A model generated the notes under the pieces. That model was not told the origin of the DNA, searched no databases, and saw only the letters and a program-made list of their open reading frames with translations. 64,000 nt of DNA from Eledone cirrhosa (lineage: Eukaryota). The stretch is taken from contig OZ024741.1 of the NCBI GenBank assembly GCA_964016885.1, forward strand, positions 157,170,001 to 157,234,000, given 5' to 3'. Positions 1 through 13,129 of this stretch are shown piece after piece (position 1 is the first letter of the stretch; each line of letters opens with the position of its first letter). The position numbers and the translations under genes are program-made.

Positions 1-2675
1 CCAGTTCTTCGACGCAAAGCATGAGGGCTGCGTTGTCAGAAGCAAAATACGTGCTCTGGGAAACGAGGAAGCCAGAGCTGTTAGCTGGGCCCGAGTGACG
101 GAGGTGAAAAGTGGCAACAAGTCCACGATTCGGTCTTTGAAGGACCAAGATGGCTCGTGATACGTGAGCCGAAGCAAATGTGCGCGGCCTTTCAGCGGCA
201 CTTTGCTCAACTGTTCGGGCAGGGTGGCGTGCCGGGAGGGGCTATGGATTTCGGTCCATACCTCGACGGCCAACCGCGACTCTCAGACAGCGATGCGAAG
301 TTCTGCGAAAGGCTGATTTCGGCCGCTGAGATAGGGGACGCGCTGAGCCAATGCGGCAAACGCAAATCTCCAGGTCTCGACGGTCTACCCTACGAATTTT
401 ACGTAGAAATGCCGGACTTGTTCTCCTGTCTCCTGGAAGAGGTCTACTGCAACTGGCAGCAGAACGGGAGAATTCCCTGTTCTGTGACCAAGGGCGTAGT
501 CACGTTAGTCAGGAAGGACGTGAATAAGGGGGATGACATAGGCAACTTCTGGCCCATAACTCTGCTAAACACAGAGTTACAGATTTTGGTCAAGGTGTTG
601 GCAAAGAGGCTGGAGCTTGTCGTCGAAAACCTGGTGGGAGAAGCGCAGACATGCGCAATCCCGACCAGGTCCATACACGACAACCTCCACCTCATGCGAT
701 ACATCATAGAGAGGGTAGGGTGTAAACCCGGCTTCGGTGGGGCCCTGATCAACTTGGATCAGTCTAAGGCTTTTGATAGGGTTGATCATCGTTACCTGGA
801 TGCGGTGCTCGAGGCGGCAGGCTTCGGACCCGTGTTCAGGGGCTGGATTGCTGCAATGCACAACAGCAACATCTGCTCAAGGGTCAAGGTGAACGGTTAC
901 CTCTCGGAGCCGTTCCATATCACGCGATCCATCCGACAGGGATGCCCTCTCTCCTCCTTTCTGTACGTACTGACTCTCAAGCCACTACTACGGAAGTTGG
1001 AGCTATTGCAGGGCATCCCTTTGGAACCGGGACTGCGAAAAGCGGCATCAGCCTACGCCGACGACGTGACAGTAATGGTGTCGAGCACCTCGCAAATCGG
1101 GGAGGTCGGCACCTTACTGGAGGAATACGAAAGGTTCACAGGAGCGAAGCTGAACCGGGACAAATCCGTCGGTTTGCAACTCGGAACGTGGAGAGGCAAA
1201 TCGATGCCTTCCGATGTCGTCGTCGGACGCTGGACGGAAGGACCGGTAAAGCTGCTCGGGGTCTGGTTCAGTCCGGACCTCCAGATGGAGAAGAACTGGA
1301 ATGAGGTGACGGCCAAGGTGTTTGCGCTCACCCAGAAGTGGGCCGAGTGCAAACTATCCTTGAAAGGTTGAACGGAGGTGGCGAACACTTTTATAGCGTC
1401 CGTCATCTACTACCGCTTGACCGTCGTGCCTTGTCCAGCCAAAACGCTCACCAAAATGGAGCGCGCGCTCTTCCAATTCCTTTGGAAGAAACAGGCTCCT
1501 TTTGTGAGAAGATCCATCTGCTGCCAACACCCCTCAAACGGAGGGCTGGGGATGCCGTGGCTGATGATGCGCAAACATGCGCTGAGGCTGCGGCATCTCC
1601 AGGTATTCCTCACCGACCCCCAACCGGTGTGTGCACCGTTTGTGAGACAGGCTTTCCCACAGCTCGTCTCGCTGACGGAGCTGCAGTCCTGAGTCAAGAA
1701 AAGACCAAAAACGATGGGCGCCTGGCACATTGAATGCACTCAGGCGCTCACGTCCTTTGGCAAGCGGGCGCAACAATCAGTGGAGACTCCACTTCGACAT
1801 TCTATAGATGGATTGTACGTTACAAGGGCGACGACGTGCTCGGAGAGAGTCTGGGCGTCGAAGACGATGAGCTCACCAGTCTGTTTGGTAGGACTTTCCG
1901 CCCTGGACCTATGGACAACTTCCAAAGGTCCCTGGCCTTGTCAGTGCTACCGAGGAGCTATACCGGTTCGTGACAAGATCTACAGGCACGGACGCCCCGG
2001 CAGGGATCCTTCCAAGAGGACGTGTCCAAGATGTGCGTAGGACATTGAAACAGTCCTGCACACAATTGTACACTGCCCGGGCGTAACCGACCTGTGGAAC
2101 TATGCAGAACAACTGCTGTCGCATATGGGACAAATCCAGTTGACTGCCGAGTCCATAGTAAGGATCAAACCGCCAGCCTCTTTCAAAAACGAAAGAGAGG
2201 CGGTTTTCCTCTGTACGGTGGCTATGGTTAAAGAAGTTATATGGTGGACGAGATTGAGAGGACTGTGGACAGATGCCTTTCTCTCCGGACAACAATTGAT
2301 TCCCTTCATTAAGTATCACTTTAGAAGGAGAATCAGAGTGGAGAGAGAGGCACTGCACCCCAGTAAATTTACTGAAAGGTGGGTGAATGAAGCGAAAATG
2401 GCCCGAGTGATTGGGCCTTCTCTGTTTATAAGCCTGTAGGTTGAAGAAGAGAGCAAAAGGAAGAAAGGAGCACTTGCACAACACGCTCCTGCAGTTGAGG
2501 GTTGTTTAATCGACGGGGTATTAAACAACCCATTTGTGACGCCTCCTCCCTATTGGGGATTTCGATTGTTGTAATTGTTTGTTTTTATATTTTTTACACG
2601 ACTGTATGTAAAATCCCCAGCATGTCTTTGTATTGTCCCCTTTTTTTGTGCGCCCTTGTGGCAAATAAAGAAATA

Positions 2676-2718
<43 letters not shown>
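1..2718 (+). mobile_element. Tx1-like (L1 group) LINE, ORF2 RT and C-terminus, decayed and cut by the window edge
   Basis: ORF 157-1371 has KSPGLDGLP, LINLDQSKAFDRVDH, QGCPLS and YADD motifs. The frame continues through stops (1369, 1690, 2038) to a CxxC..H..HC zinc knuckle. AATAAA near 2664 is followed by an (ATCT)n tail. Confidence 0.9.
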
Positions 2719-2719
<1 letters not shown>

Positions 2720-2924
2720 CAACAGGAGATTCAAACATGCGGCCCGCGAACTATTTTTCTATGGCCCGTGGTAGAACCAATATTTCAGATTCCATTATAA
2801 CTGGTGAAAATCTTCGCCCACCACCACTTTTGGCATACTGTGCCTCTCCTCCAAGACGTAATGGCCCTTTTATGTCCACTAATATATATATATGTGTGTG
2901 TATATATATATGTATATATATATG

Positions 2925-2959
<35 letters not shown>

Positions 2960-3032
2960 TATTAGTGGCAACTAACAGAACTATATATGCCATAATTGTA
3001 CTGTTTTTCACCCGTGTTATTTTTCATATATA

Positions 3033-4030
3033 TCATCATCATCATCACCGTTTTACGTCCGTTCTTCCACGCTAGCATGGGTTAGACGGGTTGTCATGTT
3101 GTGGTCAGTGGCCAGTCGGCTGACCTTGTCTTGCTCATACGGGAACTGATTCTGGCTTGATTTCTACAGCTGGATGCCCTTCCTAACACCAACTTCATTT
3201 ACAGTGAGTGCTGGGTGCTTTTTTTCCATGGCACCTACACGTCCACTTTACAGTGTATGCTGGGTGCTTTTTTGCCGTGACACCTCCACGACACTTTGCA
3301 GTGGGAAGGGGTGGGGGCATATTGTATATATGCTTCAGCTTCGGCTTGTACCCATGGAGGGGTCGGGTCTTCTGTATTACTGCGTGACGCCAGAGGTCAC
3401 GGTCCTGTGTCATCGCCTTTGAGAGGAGTAATTGGGTAAGGTCGGCTTTTATCACCTCATCCCAGGTCTTCTTGGGTCTCCCCACTCCGCGGTTTCCATC
3501 GACTTCTAGTGCTCTGCACCCTTTTATGCAGCTGTCATCCTTCATACGCATCACGTGTCCATACCAATGCAACCGCCTCTCCTGCACACAGCATTTGATT
3601 TCTCTTATGCTCAGTCTCTCTCTCAATTCATTTATGCTTTTCCGTTCGCGTATATTACTATTACACATCCATCGGAGCATGCAGGCTTCGTTTCTCTCTA
3701 ATCTACATAAGTCTTCCACCTTCAGTGCCCAGGTCTCACTACCATGTAACATTGCTGTTCATATACATGCATCAGACAGTCTGTCTTTCATTTTGAGGGA
3801 AAAGCCTTTTGCAGCTAACAGTGGCAGTAGCTCCCCAAACTTATTCCATCCCGTGCTTACCCTGGTTATTGTACTTTCCGAACACCCACCTCCACTGCTA
3901 ATTCGGTCACCTAGGTAGCAGAAGCTGTCTACTGTTTCTACAGAGCCCTCCCAGAGTTTGGTGGTACTTGTTTCCTGTGGCTGTTTGCTGCTTGCTGTCC
4001 CAGCACAGCTGCTACATGTGAAGCCTACAT
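3033..4030 (-). mobile_element. RTE-clade LINE 3' fragment, 5'-truncated
   Basis: ORF 3195-3752 MLHGSETW...RRLHWYGHVMRM...GRPKKTW, (ATG)n tail, nearly identical to about 11170-12140. Confidence 0.9.
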
Positions 4031-4062
<32 letters not shown>

Positions 4063-4390
4063 GTTAGTTAGTTGCACAACAAATGACCAAACCAAATTTG
4101 TTGTGGAACTAACTCTATATCGAACTTTCCTATGGACTGAGTGTTTTACTTACTACAGATAACACCTCCCAGTTTTTTACCACTATATATATACGTTTAA
4201 ATTTGGTGGCTTACCACTGGGCAGAATTGGTCATTCTGCAATGTTAATCATCATGTAATATGAGAAAAGCACTCAACATATGCAACTCATCCATTTTTGA
4301 TGTTGAATCATGTTGATGGTGCGGGAACGGAGTAAAATGTATTATAAAGTAAAATGACAGGAGGCCAAATATGTTTAATTATTTATTTCT

Positions 4391-4459
4391 GCAAACACTA
4401 TGCACATTTCAGTGGCCAGGTAGCGTAAGAACCCTGTGACATCTTCAGGTGTAAATTGC
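4391..4459 (-). ncRNA. Type I hammerhead ribozyme motif (irregular stem II)
   Basis: Minus strand: GCAA-ttt-ACAC CTGAAGA [..CAGG..CCTG..] GAAA TGTGCA TA GTGT TTGC. Core boxes, stem I and stem III are present. Confidence 0.6.
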
Positions 4460-5070
4460 GTAATAGATGTATACCAACAGAATGATGGTAAACCCATTCC
4501 AAGAGGCTTGAAGGAAACAAGCAAAGAAAAGGCAGAGAAGAAAAAAAAGTGTGTTTATGTTTTTGACCCAGAGACAAACGAAGAAACATGTTGTTATAAT
4601 GCCCTGTTGTCTCTGAGTGAATTATCTTTAACAGAACCTTCCTGTTAATTTGCTAAGTGGGTAGGGGGAAGTATAGCTTATTGGACGAATCACTACTACC
4701 TCTCGACTCTAACAACCTTCGAACAGCAGGCCAGAAAAGGGGGTGGAGTGAAGAATATCATGATACAGAGAATGGTAATCTGCCTGGGTCAAGCTAAGGT
4801 CTATACACTCATGGAAAGTATACAACAGACCTGGTGAATTTAGGAACATATCAAGTAGAGAAAATTTATAAGTTAAAGTTAGGGTTAATTTCAGGAATTG
4901 AAAATTAAAATTGAATGTTTAAAAATGTTAAAAATTTAATTAAATAAGTAGAGTCCACACAGTTGGCCGGTGAAGTACCGTATGCTAGGCAATCACGAAA
5001 CCACTTAGAAAGACCAGTTACGTTAAGGATTCTAATTATAGAGTTGTGTAAATCAGAGACCTAATAAACA

Positions 5071-5540
5071 AATAACATGATGTTAGTTAAGCTAAGCTAA
5101 GTCACAACCCACTTTAGGTTCCTCTCGTAGTTCAATGTTATATTCCTATGGAGTGAGAGATAGTCTCACACTAAATAACATGATGTTAGTTAAGCTAAGC
5201 TAAGTCACAACCCACTTTGGGTTCCTCTCGTAGTTCAATGTTATATTCCTATGGAGTGAGAGATAGTCTCACACTAAATAACATGATGTTAGTTAAGCTA
5301 AGCTAAGTCACAACCCACTTTGGGTTCCTCTCGTAGTTCAATGTTATATTCCTATGGAGTGAGAGATAGTCTCACACTAAATAACATGATGTTAGTTAAG
5401 CTAAGCTAAGTCACAACCCACTTTAGGTTCCTCTCGTAGTTCAATGTTATATTCCTATGGAGTGAGAGATAGTCTCACACTAAATAACATGATGTTAGTT
5501 AAGCTAAGCTAAGTCACTATCCACTTTGGGTTCCTCTCGC
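5071..5540. repeat. Tandem repeat, 103-bp unit, about 4.5 near-identical copies
   Basis: aataacatgatgttag... restarts at 5071, 5174 and further at about 103-104 bp intervals. Full copies differ mainly in the actttaggtt/actttgggtt loop. Confidence 0.95.
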
Positions 5541-7249
5541 ACTATACTATATAAGTAGTATGGTATGGCAGTTAACAACAACTGAAAATGGCGATTCCCC
5601 CCAATACACCCAGGGCTCAATGGCCCACCGACCATTCCGAGTATTACGGTATACTGTAGAAAAGGAAAATCTAATTTATTTCCAAGCACTCAAGGAGGTG
5701 GACAGACCCAGGTATCCCGAGCGGTGTTAGAAGGGTCTTCACCAGTTGATGTCGTAATATATGCCATGTATTCCTAGTTATCCTTACTAGGGAAGTTAAT
5801 GCTGAAGTCGAGAAATATGAAAACTGAAGCAATGCGGGATTTAATGAGACAGGAAAACTTATACACAATCCCTAGATTCCATGCGCTGGTCAGTTGTAGA
5901 TTCATATTGGATGTAATCCACATAGGCAAGGTACATACATTCGAACGAGGCTATCTCTATAATATGAAGACACTATCATATATTATATAGCGAATGTATC
6001 CCAAGGGGTAGGGGGGGGGGTTAATTGAATAAATATACATATAGTTAATGGTAAATATGCTAAAGAGATCATGAAAAGTCTTTAATTAATGGAAAGTATA
6101 ATGTATCGGGGACGTAAAGAATGAGTAAAATGTCTATAAAAAATCTAATCACAAGCATATACAGAATGGTAGTTATGGGAGTAAAAAATATATAAAATAA
6201 TAAATAAAAAATATAAAATATAGGAATACAAAATAACAAATTGGGTGTAATAGATAAACAAATAAACAGCAGAGCCAAAATAACAGTAAAGCTTAAAAAC
6301 AATGAAGTTTAAAAACTAAAAATTAAGTTTTAAAGATATATAATTCAAGGAGTATAGTTTGAAAAGAATAGAATAAAAGATGAGGATATAGGAATAGAGG
6401 TGATATCAGGTGAGATGTAGTGTATGGTTTGAGCAGTAACCGTTTATGTAAATACCTAGAAATCAAGAACCATAATGGTAAAATTCAGTCAGTATAAGGT
6501 ATAGGATGTCGGGAAGAGAAGGGGCCATGGATGCTTCAAAGAATTTGTAAGGGCCTACAGAGTTTTTATTGTTCCAAGTGTGGATATGTATTAATTCAGG
6601 GTGGGCATACATTTTAGAGGAGATGGCAAAGAAACGCAACAAGTGAAGAGAGCTGTGCTGAGAAGGACCTATCGAACCCTTGTGAGCATGGAAAAACAGA
6701 TGTAAAAATAATGATGATGATACTTTATATATTCGAGTAATATTAATCTCATTTAAAAGTTGCACCTTTATTTTTTACCAAAAATCTGGAATTTTCCATA
6801 GATTTTCCATAAAATTCAAGCCTAATATTTCACAGGAAACAGATCAATATTTATGGGTTAAGGTATCATCCTGTATGTAGAATTAACACTGTTACAAAAT
6901 CGTCATAAATTTAGAGCAAATTTATATTATTGCAAATACATGTTCAAAACTAAAAATTTACCCAAACATGTACCCTACAGCTGGAATGTTTGGTGCTTAT
7001 AGTAAAACACCATATAATAGCAAGCACTACACATCTGTTGATGGGTGCTACATGACCATTACTAAAATGTATGCACAAGATGTGCTGCAAGCCTGCAACT
7101 TTATATTTTTCTCAGTTTCAAACACAATAAACACATGCATTAGCACTCATCTCATCTTCTGTTTACATGGTGAGAAACATGTTTTACAGACAGAGCGGTC
7201 AGGGAACACTAGCAATTGCCACTGTCTAAATTCTTACATACCAGTTGAT

Positions 7250-7957
7250 ATAATAATAATAATAATAATGAAATAATTGTCTACAGTGTTCAGGTGCACT
7301 ACAACTCATCAAAGGTGCATGTATAGTACATAGAATAATATACAAATGTCAGGGAAGTGAATAGTGTATGAGTCATGATATACATGTGTGCGTGTGTATG
7401 GAGGGGGAATATTAGGTGTAGTGTTGACGAATCTCAGGAAGCATGGAGGTTTTAAAGGATGCAGTGTCTCGATAGCTAATAACTGATGCAGGTAGTTTGT
7501 TCCATGCTTCAGCAACTCTGGGTGTGAAAAAATGTTTCCGAAAGTCCTGGGAGCTGTGCTATTTTCTGACTTTGTTGGCATGCCCACGTGTGGTAGACAC
7601 ATGGAAATCAAAAAGGTACTCAGGGTTGTTGTTGGCAAGATGGTTAACCAAGTCAGTTGCCAGACATCAGAGCTTCAATGTATCCATGCCCAGGGAAGCA
7701 AGGCGTTCAGAGTATGGTAGATGCCTGATGGAAGGTATTCGCCTGGTTGCACATCTCTGAACAGTTTCCAGGCGGTCAATGTTCTGAGCAAGATAGGGGT
7801 TCCAGACTGGTGATGCAAATTCTAAGTGTGGCCACACCATAGCCATGTACAGCCTTAAATAGATAGCTGGAGAGTGGCTGACAAAGGTCTTGCTGAGTGA
7901 TACCAAGGCACCCTCGGCTTTCTTGACAATTTTAGAGATGTGCTTTGTCCAACGCAA
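7250..7957 (-). mobile_element. CR1-group LINE 3' fragment
   Basis: LYMAMVWPHLEFASPVWNPYL...LETVQRCATRRIP...PYSERL C-terminal RT region with an (ATT)n tail. Confidence 0.8.
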
Positions 7958-8269
7958 ATATATTATTACCTAGAGTAATATACTGTAATTATGAAACATA
8001 AATTATTGCACTGTTAAATTTGATGGATATGAGTAAAAGAACAAGTGCAAATATTTATAAGAGCTTTGTGGCCTTGTTTGTGAATTTTATTAACTAAAAG
8101 GTGTGGTTTGATGCATAGAGTCGATAATATTACTGTAATTCATTGTCTTTTGTTTTTATTTATTTAGAGATCAGTTGGGCTTCTGCTACTGATATGGTAC
8201 TTCAGATTCTAACTTGAATTTCAAACTCCTCAAAAGTAGTATCCATGTAATAGTTAACACTATATATTA

Positions 8270-9925
8270 AGATTACGTTGGTACGGTCATGTAATGCGCA
8301 TGAAAGACGACAGCTGTATAAAAAAGTGCTGGGCGATCAAAATCGATGGAAGTTACGGAGTAGGTAGACCCAGAAAAACCTGGGATGACATGATACGTGT
8401 AAAGTCCGATCTTGCACACTTGCACCTCTCGAAGACAATGTCACTGGATTGAGATCTTTGGTGCCATGCAGTATTACAGAAGCACACCTTCCCTACGTGC
8501 AAAGTTAACCTACAGTCAGTAGGCCCATCCAAACCAAACATAAATCCCAACCCACTACCCCACTCCATCCTTCCACTCCCGCCAACACCACCCTTTCTCT
8601 ATAAAGTTATGTTGGCACCACAACATCCAGTTCAAACTAATGAGATCGTATAGGTGTCACGACAAAAAAAAAACACAGTCCATGCTGTAATGTGGCCGTG
8701 TAGATATCACGGTAAAAATTAGGAGAATGAATGGGAGAAAGAGACACTGCCCCAAGTGGACCCTATAGAGGAGCCAGCAGTACAAGTCAGTAACAGCGTA
8801 GTAAGTAAGGCAATTAAAGATATAAAGACTGGGTATAGCTGCCAAGATGCTGAAAGCATCTGGGTTGGTAGGTCACATCATAACCACACGTATTATTAAC
8901 CAGGTAATACTAGAGGGTGTCATACCAAAGGATTGGTGCAGCAGCAGCATTGTCAACTGCTACAAGAGTAAAGGTGATGCACTAGATAAAGGAAACTATA
9001 GAGGTATAAAGCTGATGGACCAGGTCATGAAAGTAATGGAAAGAGTTATAGCACAGTTGATTAGGGTCTGGGTAAAACTAGGTGAGATGCAATTTGGGTC
9101 CGTGCCAGGAAAAGGCACCACTGATGCCCTCTTCCTTGTGAGGCAGTTACAGGAAAAGTAGCTAGATAAAGGTAAACCACTCTACCTGGAATTTGTCAAT
9201 CTGGAAAAAGCCTTTGACAGAGTGCCTCGTGCTATTATCTGGTGGGCTCTTAGAAAACTAGGAGTAGATGAATGGCTTGTGAAAGCTGTACAGTCAGCAA
9301 AGTTAGGGTTAACAATGACTATAGTGAGCAATTTAGCATACAGGCCGGTGTCCACCAGGGCTCTGTTCTTAGCCCTCTCCTGTTCATTATAGTATTACAG
9401 GCAATAACAGAGGAGTTTAAGACCGGATGCCCATGGGACTCCTGTATGCAGATGATCTCATGCTTATAGCTGAATCTAGGGTGGAACTAGAGAAGAAATT
9501 CGAAACATGGAAGCAGGGACTAGAAAGAAAGGGTCTCAAATACGACCTTACATTTCAAAGGTGATGACACAGGACCATGACCTCTGGCATCACGCAGTAA
9601 TACAGAAGACCCGACTTCCCACAGGTACAAGCCGAAGCTGAAGCATATAGACAATATGCTCCCACTGCAAAGTGGTCATGGAGGTGCCGCGGCAAAAAAG
9701 CACCCAGCCCACACTGTAAAGTGGACGTGTAGGCGCCATGGAAAAAAAGCACCCAGCACTCACTGTAAATGAGGTTGATGTTAGGAAGGGCATCCAGCTG
9801 TAGAAATCAAGCCAGAATCAGTTCCTGTATGAGCTAGACAAGACCAGCCGTCCAGGCACTGCCCACAACAGGACAAACCCGTCTAACCCATGCTAGCGTG
9901 GAAGAATGAACGTAAAACAGTGATT
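8270..9925 (+). mobile_element. Rearranged or chimeric RTE LINE fragments
   Basis: A 3' piece (about 8270-8715) is followed by RT pieces (NYRGIKLMD, QGSVLSPLLF) with stops, then a second 3' end (about 9545-9925). Confidence 0.8.
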
Positions 9926-10080
9926 ATATATATATTGATACAGTATATATGGTATATATTGACAAGTATATGTTGTATATATATATATTGAGATAGACAG
10001 TATATTTGGTATATATATATATTAAGACAGACAGTATATATGGTATATATTGAGACAGACAGTATATATGTTATATATAT
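9925..10080. repeat. About 30-bp minisatellite (attgagacagacagtatatatggtatatat), resuming at 12150-12357
   Basis: The same unit lies on both sides of the RTE at 10081-12150. Confidence 0.8.
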
Positions 10081-12150
10081 AAGTGCTGAGAAGAAAGATG
10101 CATGGAAGAGTCATTATGATAGATTACTAAATGAGGAGAATGCATGGGAAGAAGAGACCCTACCCCAAGTAGACCCTATAGAGGGGCCAGCAGTACAAGT
10201 CAGCAGCAACGTAGTAAGTAAGGCAATCAAAGATATGAAGATGGGGAAGGCAACCGGTCCATTGGGTATAGCTGCCGAGATGCTGAAGACATCTGGGTCT
10301 GTAGGTCACACTATAACCACATGTATTGTTAACCAGGTAATACTAGAAGGTGTCATACCAAAAGATTGGTGCAGTAGCATCATTGTCAACTGCTACAAAG
10401 GTAAAGGTGATGCACTAGATAGAGGAAACTATAGAGGTATAAAGCTGATGGACCAGGTCATGAAAGTAACAGAAAGAGTTATAGCACAGTTGATTAGGGA
10501 CCGGGTGAAAATAGACGAGATGCAATTTGGGTTTGTACCGGGAAGAGGCACCACTGATGCCCTCTTCCTTGTGAGCCAGTTACAGGAAAAGTACCTAACT
10601 AAAAGTAAGCCACTCTACTTGGTATTTGTCGACCTTGAGAAAGCCTTTGACATAGTTCCACGTGCTATAATCTGGTGGGCTCTTAGAAAACTAGGAGTAG
10701 ATGAATGGCTTGTGAAAGCGGTACAAGCCATGTTTAGGGGAGCAGTCAGCAAAGTTAGGATGAGCAATGAGTATAACGAGGAATTTAGCGTACAGGTTGG
10801 TGTCCACCAGGGCTCTGTTCTTAGCCCCCTCCTGTTCATCATAGTCCTGCAGGCAATAACGGAGGAGTTTAAGACCGGATGCCCATGGGAACTCCTGTAT
10901 GCTGATGACCTCGCACTTATAACTGAATCTATGGTAGAACTAGAGAATAAATTCCAAACTTGGAAGCAGGGACTAGAAAGAAAGGGTCTCAAAGTCAACA
11001 TGACAAAGACTAAGGTCCTTGTAAGTAGACGAGAAAACAGAACCCAGATCCCCTCAGAGAAATGGCCTTGCTCAGTATGTAGGAAAGGTGTAGGTAGGAA
11101 CTCCATTCTCTGCCCCAAATGCAAACAATGGGTACACAAGAGATGTAGCGGGATCTCAGGAAGCTTAATTAAGAATGTAGGCTTCACATGCAGCAGCTGT
11201 GCTGGGACAGCAAGCAGCAAACAGCCACAGGAAACAAGTACCACCAATCTCTGGGAGGGCTCTGTAGAAACAGTAGACAGCTTCTGCTACCTAGGTGACC
11301 GAATTAGCAGTGGAGGTGGGTGTTCGGAAAGTACAATAACCAGGGTAAGCACGGGATGGAATAAGTTCAGGGAGCTACTGCCACTGTTAGCTGCAAAAGG
11401 TTTTTCCCTCAAAATGAAAGACAGACTGTCTGATGCATGTATATGAACAGCAATGTTGCATGGTAGTGAGACCTGGGCGCTGAAGGTGGAAGACTTATGT
11501 AGATTAGAGAGAAATGAAGCCTGCATGCTCCGATGGATGTGTAATAGTAATATACGCGAACGGAAAAGCATAAATGAATTGAGCGAGAGACTGAGCATAA
11601 GAGAAATCAAATGCTGTGTGCAGGAGAGGCGGTTGCATTGGTATGGACACATGATGCATATGAAGGATGACAGCTGCATAAAAGGGTGCAGAGCACTAGA
11701 AGTCGATGGAAACCGCGGAGTGGGGAGACCCAAGAAGACCTGGGATGAGGTGATAAAAGCCGACCTTACCCAATTACACCTCTCACACGACCGTGACCTC
11801 TGGCGTCACGCAGTAATACAGAGTACCCGACCTCCCATGGGTACAAGCTGAAGCATATAGACAATATGCCCCCACACCCCACACCGCAATGTGGTCGTGG
11901 AGGTGTCACGGCAAAAAAGCACCCAGTCCACACTGTAAAGTGGACGTGTAGGCGCCACGAAAAAGTACCCAGCACTCACTGTAAATGAGGTTGGTGTTAG
12001 GAAGGGCATCCAACTGTAGAAATCAAGCCAAATCAGTTCCTGTATGTGCAAGGCATGGTCAGCCGACCAGGCACTGCCCACAACAGGACAACCCGTCTAA
12101 CCCATGCTAGCATGGAAGAACGGACGTAAAATGGTGATGATGATGATGAT
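10081..12150 (+). mobile_element. RTE-clade LINE, 5'-truncated, with an almost intact RT
   Basis: 468-aa ORF with FVDLEKAFD, HQGSVLSP, LLYADD and a PHD-like CxxC/HxxC insert. One stop at 11444. 3' UTR with (ATG)n tail. Confidence 0.95.
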
Positions 12151-12265
12151 TGAGACAGACAGTATATATGGTATGTATATATATATTAAGACAGACAGTA
12201 TATATGGTATATATATATATATTGAGACAGACAGTATATATGGTATATATATATTAAAACAGACA

Positions 12266-12314
<49 letters not shown>

Positions 12315-12689
12315 GATAGACAGTATATATGGTATATATATATATTGAGACAGACAGGAAGGGGGAGATGGGGTGGTATTTGCAAATGTTGAGAAGGAAA
12401 ACGGACGTGGGAGAACAATACTATAATTATGATATATATAAATCTTTTAGTTACCACTAATAATATATATTCCTCTTTGGAGATGATTGTCTAAAATAGA
12501 ATATCCAGTATCTAGTTCTATGGAGTAGTATTATTTATAACACCCTGTGTTGTGTTATTAATATAAACTATTTTATACAATATCTATTTGAAAAAGAAAA
12601 TTACAGCTATACCTATCACAACCAATTATTATATCAAATGAATAAGATTTTGTTTGTTTCTTTGCTTCTTTCTTTGTATGTATGTATGT

Positions 12690-13075
12690 GTGTACGTATG
12701 TATATATGTATGTTCTTCTGGTTTTATAATTTCAAAAATTTTTTCCCAATAGAGAGAGTCGGTTTCTAACATTGACACAAGACTCTCTCATTGGAATTTA
12801 CACAACATCAACTAGGTAGATTATATATGCATGTCTGCATGTGTAGATATGGATGTTATTGTATGTGTGGATGTTTTGAGTTGTATGTGTGCATGTGTAT
12901 ATGCTTTGTATCTGTACATGTGTATATGCAGTTATTAGATGCAACATTTTTGGAATGTTTTACATATTTTTACTGTTTCATTAATGGATTGTACTTGTAA
13001 TTTCCTAACTAGGTGTGTTCTTTCTGTTCCTGTGAAGCCTAGCTTCTCAATATTTGTATTGAGGCAGTTACTAAC

Positions 13076-13106
<31 letters not shown>

Positions 13107-13125
13107 TGTATGTATGTATGTATGC
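12690..13125 (-). repeat. Dispersed repeat embedded in (CATA)n; inverted second copy at about 35110-35480
   Basis: The reverse complement matches about 35146-35455 (actagttaggaaattacaag...gttagaaaccgactctctc). Confidence 0.75.
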
Positions 13126-13129
13126 ATGC

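Noticed and set aside
5071-5540. CRISPR-like appearance
   Set aside because: There are no unique spacers, the whole unit repeats, and the context is eukaryotic.
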